In this document: positions 60,748 through 64,000 of the stretch, one piece after another | Numbering within the stretch: the first letter of the stretch is position 1 | How the letters are laid out: each line of letters opens with the position of its first letter | Assembly (NCBI GenBank): GCA_035569395.1 | Contig: DATMNC010000062.1 | Coordinates: 30,591 to 94,590, forward strand | Direction of reading: 5' to 3' | Length of the DNA: 64,000 nucleotides | DNA from: Thermoanaerobaculia bacterium | Lineage (GTDB): Bacteria; Acidobacteriota; Thermoanaerobaculia; Gp7-AA8 | Made by a program: the position numbers and the translations under genes | The notes under the pieces: model-generated | Databases searched by the model: none | Told to the model about the DNA's origin: nothing | Seen by the model: the letters and a program-made list of their open reading frames with translations, nothing else

Positions 60748-60830
60748 AGAAGTGGCAAATTTAGACGTGTTGTCCTTTCTCTGAACCTTGGCCCTCTGCC
60801 TTCTGCCTTCCGATCGTGATACAAACCGCG
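60748..60830. repeat. unique intergenic hairpin built from AAGGCAG sub-repeats, in divergent promoter region
   Basis: gggcagaaggcagaaggcagaag...cctctgccttctgccttcc. Confidence 0.7.
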
Positions 60831-60835
60831 CCCCG

Positions 60836-62092
60836 ATGCTCGCCCTCGAAGACTACCGACTCCCCAACGGCCTCCGCGTCGTTCTCAACGAAGACCATTC
60901 CGCACCACTCGTGGCCGTCAATCTCTGGTATCACGTCGGCTCGAAGAACGAGCGTCCGGGCCGTACCGGCTTCGCCCACCTCTTCGAGCACATGCTCTTC
61001 TCCGGCTCGGAGCACGTTGGCAACAACGAGCACTTCCGCTACGTGCAGTCGGTCGGCGGGGTCCTGAATGGGACGACTTTCTTCGATCGAACGAATTACT
61101 TCGAGACGCTCCCCTCGAACTACCTCGCCCTCGGCCTCTGGCTGGAGTCGGACCGGATGGGCTACTTCCTCCCCGCTCTGACACAGGAAAAGCTCGACAT
61201 CCAGCGCGAAGTGGTCAAGGAAGAGCGGAGGCAGCGCTACGACAACGTCCCCTACGGCACCGCCTTCGAGCGCCTGTTGAATCTCGGTTACGATCCCGAC
61301 TACTCCTACCACTGGCCCACCATCGGATCGATGGAAGACCTCGGCGCGGCCTCTCTCGACGACATCCGCGAGTTCTTCGCCACCTGGTATCGCCCCGACA
61401 ACGCCACGCTGACGCTGGTCGGCGATTTCGTTCCCGCGGAAGCAAAGGCTCTCGTCGAGCAGTACTTCGGCCCTCTCCCGGCCGGCGGCTCGTTTCCCCC
61501 CTTCGACCTCGAACGCCGCCCGCTGGAAGGCGAACGGCGGGAAGTCTTCCCGTCGCCCGTGCAGCTTCCACGCGTCTATCGGCTCTATCACTTCCCGAAA
61601 ATGGGCCACCCCGACTGGATCGCGGCCGATCTGCTCAGCTCCGTCCTCAGCGGCGATAAGGCCAGCCGCCTGGAGAAGGCCCTCGTGCTCGAGCAGCAGA
61701 TCGCCACCGACGTCTCCGCGTACATCCTCCCCACCGAGGCCACCGGCATTTTCATGATGCAGGCGACAGCGAACGAGGGGGTTCCCATCGAAGATATCGA
61801 GCGCGCCATCGACGCGGAGCTGGCGCGCATCGCCAGCGACGGCATCACGGCCGACGAGCTGACGCGCGCAAAGAACCGTGCCGAGGTCGAGCACGCGCAC
61901 CAGATCGAAAACTACGACTCGCGTGCCGACATGATCGGGATGATGGCGACCTACTTCAGCGATCCGTCAATGGTCCACACCTGGCTCGATCCATATCGCA
62001 CCACCACGGGAGGCGATCTGCAGCGCGTGGCGCGGCAGTACCTCGTGGCCGGGAATCGCGTGACCAGCCTGTTCGTCCCGGAGAACGCATGA
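60836..62092 (+). CDS. M16-family zinc peptidase (active subunit, HxxEH)
   Basis: GFAHLFEHMLFSGSEH inverted zincin motif. Confidence 0.85.
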   Translation: MLALEDYRLPNGLRVVLNEDHSAPLVAVNLWYHVGSKNERPGRTGFAHLFEHMLFSGSEHVGNNEHFRYVQSVGGVLNGTTFFDRTNYFETLPSNYLALGLWLESDRMGYFLPALTQEKLDIQREVVKEERRQRYDNVPYGTAFERLLNLGYDPDYSYHWPTIGSMEDLGAASLDDIREFFATWYRPDNATLTLVGDFVPAEAKALVEQYFGPLPAGGSFPPFDLERRPLEGERREVFPSPVQLPRVYRLYHFPKMGHPDWIAADLLSSVLSGDKASRLEKALVLEQQIATDVSAYILPTEATGIFMMQATANEGVPIEDIERAIDAELARIASDGITADELTRAKNRAEVEHAHQIENYDSRADMIGMMATYFSDPSMVHTWLDPYRTTTGGDLQRVARQYLVAGNRVTSLFVPENA

Positions 62093-63456
62093 CCGTCGAT
62101 CGCAATATCGCTCCCCAACCCGGGCCGCCGCGGCCGTATCACTTCCCGCACGTCGCCCGCCGCACGCTGGACAACGGCCTGCGCCTGCTTGTGGCCGAGA
62201 ATCACAACGCGCCGCTCGTCTCGGTCCGGTCGCTCGTCCGCTCGGGCGCTGATTTCGACACTCCCGAGCTGGCCGGTCTGGCCTCGCTCACGGCGGCCCT
62301 GCTCGACGAAGGTGCCGGCACCCGCGACGCCGTCCTTCTCGCCGAGGACCTCGGCCTACTCGGCGCCTCCCTCGGCAGCGGCGCCGACTGGGATGCCTCG
62401 TACATCTCCGTCGATTCGCTTTCGCGCACCTTCGCCGAGGCCTTCGCCATCTTCGCCGATGTGAATCGCCGGCCGATGTTGCCGCAGGCATCGCTGGAGC
62501 GCGTGCAGAGCGAGCGGCTGATGGAGTTGATCCAGCAGCGCGACGAGCCGGCCTCCATCGCCGGCAAGCGCTTCTCCAATCTCATCTACGGACGCGGCGC
62601 CTACGGCAACACCATCATCGGCAATCCTGAGTCGGTCGCGCGGGTCACCGTCGATGACGTGCACCACTACTTCGCCACGCACTACGTTCCCAACAACGGC
62701 TCGATCGTGATCGCCGGCGACGTCAACGCCGAATCGGCGCTCGATACGACCTCGCGATTCTTCGCCGACTGGCCCGCCGCCAACATCCCGCCGCGGCCCG
62801 AAGTCTCACCGAAGACGTTCGAATCGAGCCGCATCTATCTCATCGACCGCCCGACCGCAGTGCAGTCAGAGATCCGTATCGGCCACATCGGCATCGCCCG
62901 CAGCACGGAGGACTATTTCTCCCTTTCCGTGATGAACGCACTCCTCGGCGGCTTGTTCAATTCGCGCATCAACCTCAACCTCCGCGAAAAACACGGCTAC
63001 ACCTACGGCGCACGATCACTGTTTGCCTTCCGCCGTCAGGCCGGCCCCTTCGTCGTCAGCGCCCCGGTGCGCAACGAAGTCACCCGCGAGTCGGTGACCG
63101 AGGTTCTCTCCGAGCTCCGACGCATCCGTACCGGCGATGTCGAAACGCAGGAGCTCGAGGACACAAAAAACTACATGATGGGCTCCTTCCCCTCGAGCGT
63201 CCAAAGCTCCAGCGACATCGCCGGCCGGCTGCTGGACATGGAGCTCTACGAGCTACCCACCGACTACTTCGATCGCTACCGCGAGAACATCGGAGCCGTG
63301 TCAAAAGCGGATGTGGAGCGCGTGGCGCAGAAGTACATCGACCCCGATCGCGCCATCATCGTGATCGTCGGCAACGCGGAGCAGATTCGCGAGCCGTTGG
63401 GGACGCTCGGGATGCCGATCCATGAGTTGGATATCGAGGGGATGGCAATCGCCTAG
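62089..63456 (+). CDS. M16-family peptidase, second (probably non-catalytic) subunit
   Basis: M16 fold pattern without an intact HxxEH; stop/start overlap with upstream M16 gene. Confidence 0.8.
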   Translation: MTVDRNIAPQPGPPRPYHFPHVARRTLDNGLRLLVAENHNAPLVSVRSLVRSGADFDTPELAGLASLTAALLDEGAGTRDAVLLAEDLGLLGASLGSGADWDASYISVDSLSRTFAEAFAIFADVNRRPMLPQASLERVQSERLMELIQQRDEPASIAGKRFSNLIYGRGAYGNTIIGNPESVARVTVDDVHHYFATHYVPNNGSIVIAGDVNAESALDTTSRFFADWPAANIPPRPEVSPKTFESSRIYLIDRPTAVQSEIRIGHIGIARSTEDYFSLSVMNALLGGLFNSRINLNLREKHGYTYGARSLFAFRRQAGPFVVSAPVRNEVTRESVTEVLSELRRIRTGDVETQELEDTKNYMMGSFPSSVQSSSDIAGRLLDMELYELPTDYFDRYRENIGAVSKADVERVAQKYIDPDRAIIVIVGNAEQIREPLGTLGMPIHELDIEGMAIA

Positions 63457-63479
63457 AGTTGCGTGGCTTCCAAAGCACA

Positions 63480-63596
63480 GACAAGAGTGTCTGTGCCATG
63501 TCACATCGGCCAAGCTCGTTGGTACTTTACGCCCGGTAGCGCAGATGCGGGAAAATGTGGCACAGACACTCTTGTCTGTGCCTTGGCGCTCGCGGA
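63480..63596. repeat. double hairpin: two copies of the palindrome CACAGACA-nnnn-TGTCTGTG in inverted orientation
   Basis: ccaaagcacagacaagagtgtctgtgcca...tggcacagacactcttgtctgtgccttgg. Confidence 0.75.
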
Positions 63597-63665
63597 GCTG
63601 CAGCTGGGCCTCCTCCGGTCTCCAGACAGGGCTTCGCGCGTCACCCGCTATAATCCATCCCCTCG

Positions 63666-64000
63666 ATGGAGCAGCTCCAACTTCACTACGTCGATCTGGG
63701 CGTGCCGCGGGTCATGGACCTGAAGCATGAGCTGTCGGTGGGGCGCACCGAGGGGAATGATCTGATTCTCAACCATCCCTCGGTGTCGCGAAAGCATGCG
63801 AAGTTCGAGCTGCGGGGGGAGCACTGGTGGATCGTCGACCTGAAGTCGACGAATGGGGTGAAGCTCAACGGGAACCTCATCACCGAGGGGCAGGTGGCGG
63901 CGGGGGACAAGCTCTCCGTCGGCTCCGTGCTGCTCGACGCGCGGGCGATGCCGTCCGTCGATTTCAACGCCGACTCCATGTTCGACAACCCGTCGGGCAC
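63666..64000 (+). CDS. FHA-domain protein (5' partial; runs off window end)
   Basis: SVGRTEGNDLILNHPSVSRKHAKFE...STNGVKLNG are canonical FHA motifs. Confidence 0.6.
   Translation, partial: MEQLQLHYVDLGVPRVMDLKHELSVGRTEGNDLILNHPSVSRKHAKFELRGEHWWIVDLKSTNGVKLNGNLITEGQVAAGDKLSVGSVLLDARAMPSVDFNADSMFDNPSG

Overview
High-GC (~65-70%) bacterial chromosomal window, probably Acidobacteria. The lineage guess rests on a VWFA protein with the acidobacterial-type N-terminus (TIGR03436-like), called from residue patterns only.

Most of the window (about 7.9-64 kb) is housekeeping:
- class II B12-dependent ribonucleotide reductase (nrdJ)
- two UbiA-family prenyl/phosphoribosyl transferases plus a GT-C membrane glycosyltransferase
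- moeA, a MoaD/ThiS-like carrier and tungsten-type aldehyde:ferredoxin oxidoreductase
- pgk and gap, mtnA, an NtrC-family regulator
- queD, a DjlA-like J-protein, an ECF sigma factor with a zf-HC2 anti-sigma factor, rdgB
- murQ, nagA, nagB, cspA, argS, gpmI
- a PduO-type cobalamin adenosyltransferase and tRNA-Pro(CGG)
- a PxpBC-like carboxyltransferase, an RNB exoribonuclease, panDCB, a deoxynucleoside kinase, two M16 peptidases and a partial FHA-domain gene.

The first ~7.8 kb is a lower-GC accessory island. It holds an IS4-family-like IS with perfect 16-bp terminal inverted repeats, AT-rich tandem repeats, a ParE/RelE toxin with its antitoxin, a divergent XRE/putative RHH pair with operator palindromes, and a TIR-domain protein convergent with a 176-aa hypothetical. 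This is the best candidate for an undescribed defence-type module.

A second small TIR-like protein sits translationally coupled between the aldehyde oxidoreductase and the MoaD-like gene.

The intergenic space is filled with large imperfect hairpin elements built from oligomerised 7-9-bp sub-repeats. At least three sequence families recur. There are two copies of a ~230-bp nested-palindrome MITE-like element and three minisatellites with 21-22-bp units. One minisatellite is embedded inside a hairpin element. There are also three copies of a ~35-bp motif that follows stop codons directly.

All coding calls are made by eye from the translations and motif memory. No searches were run.
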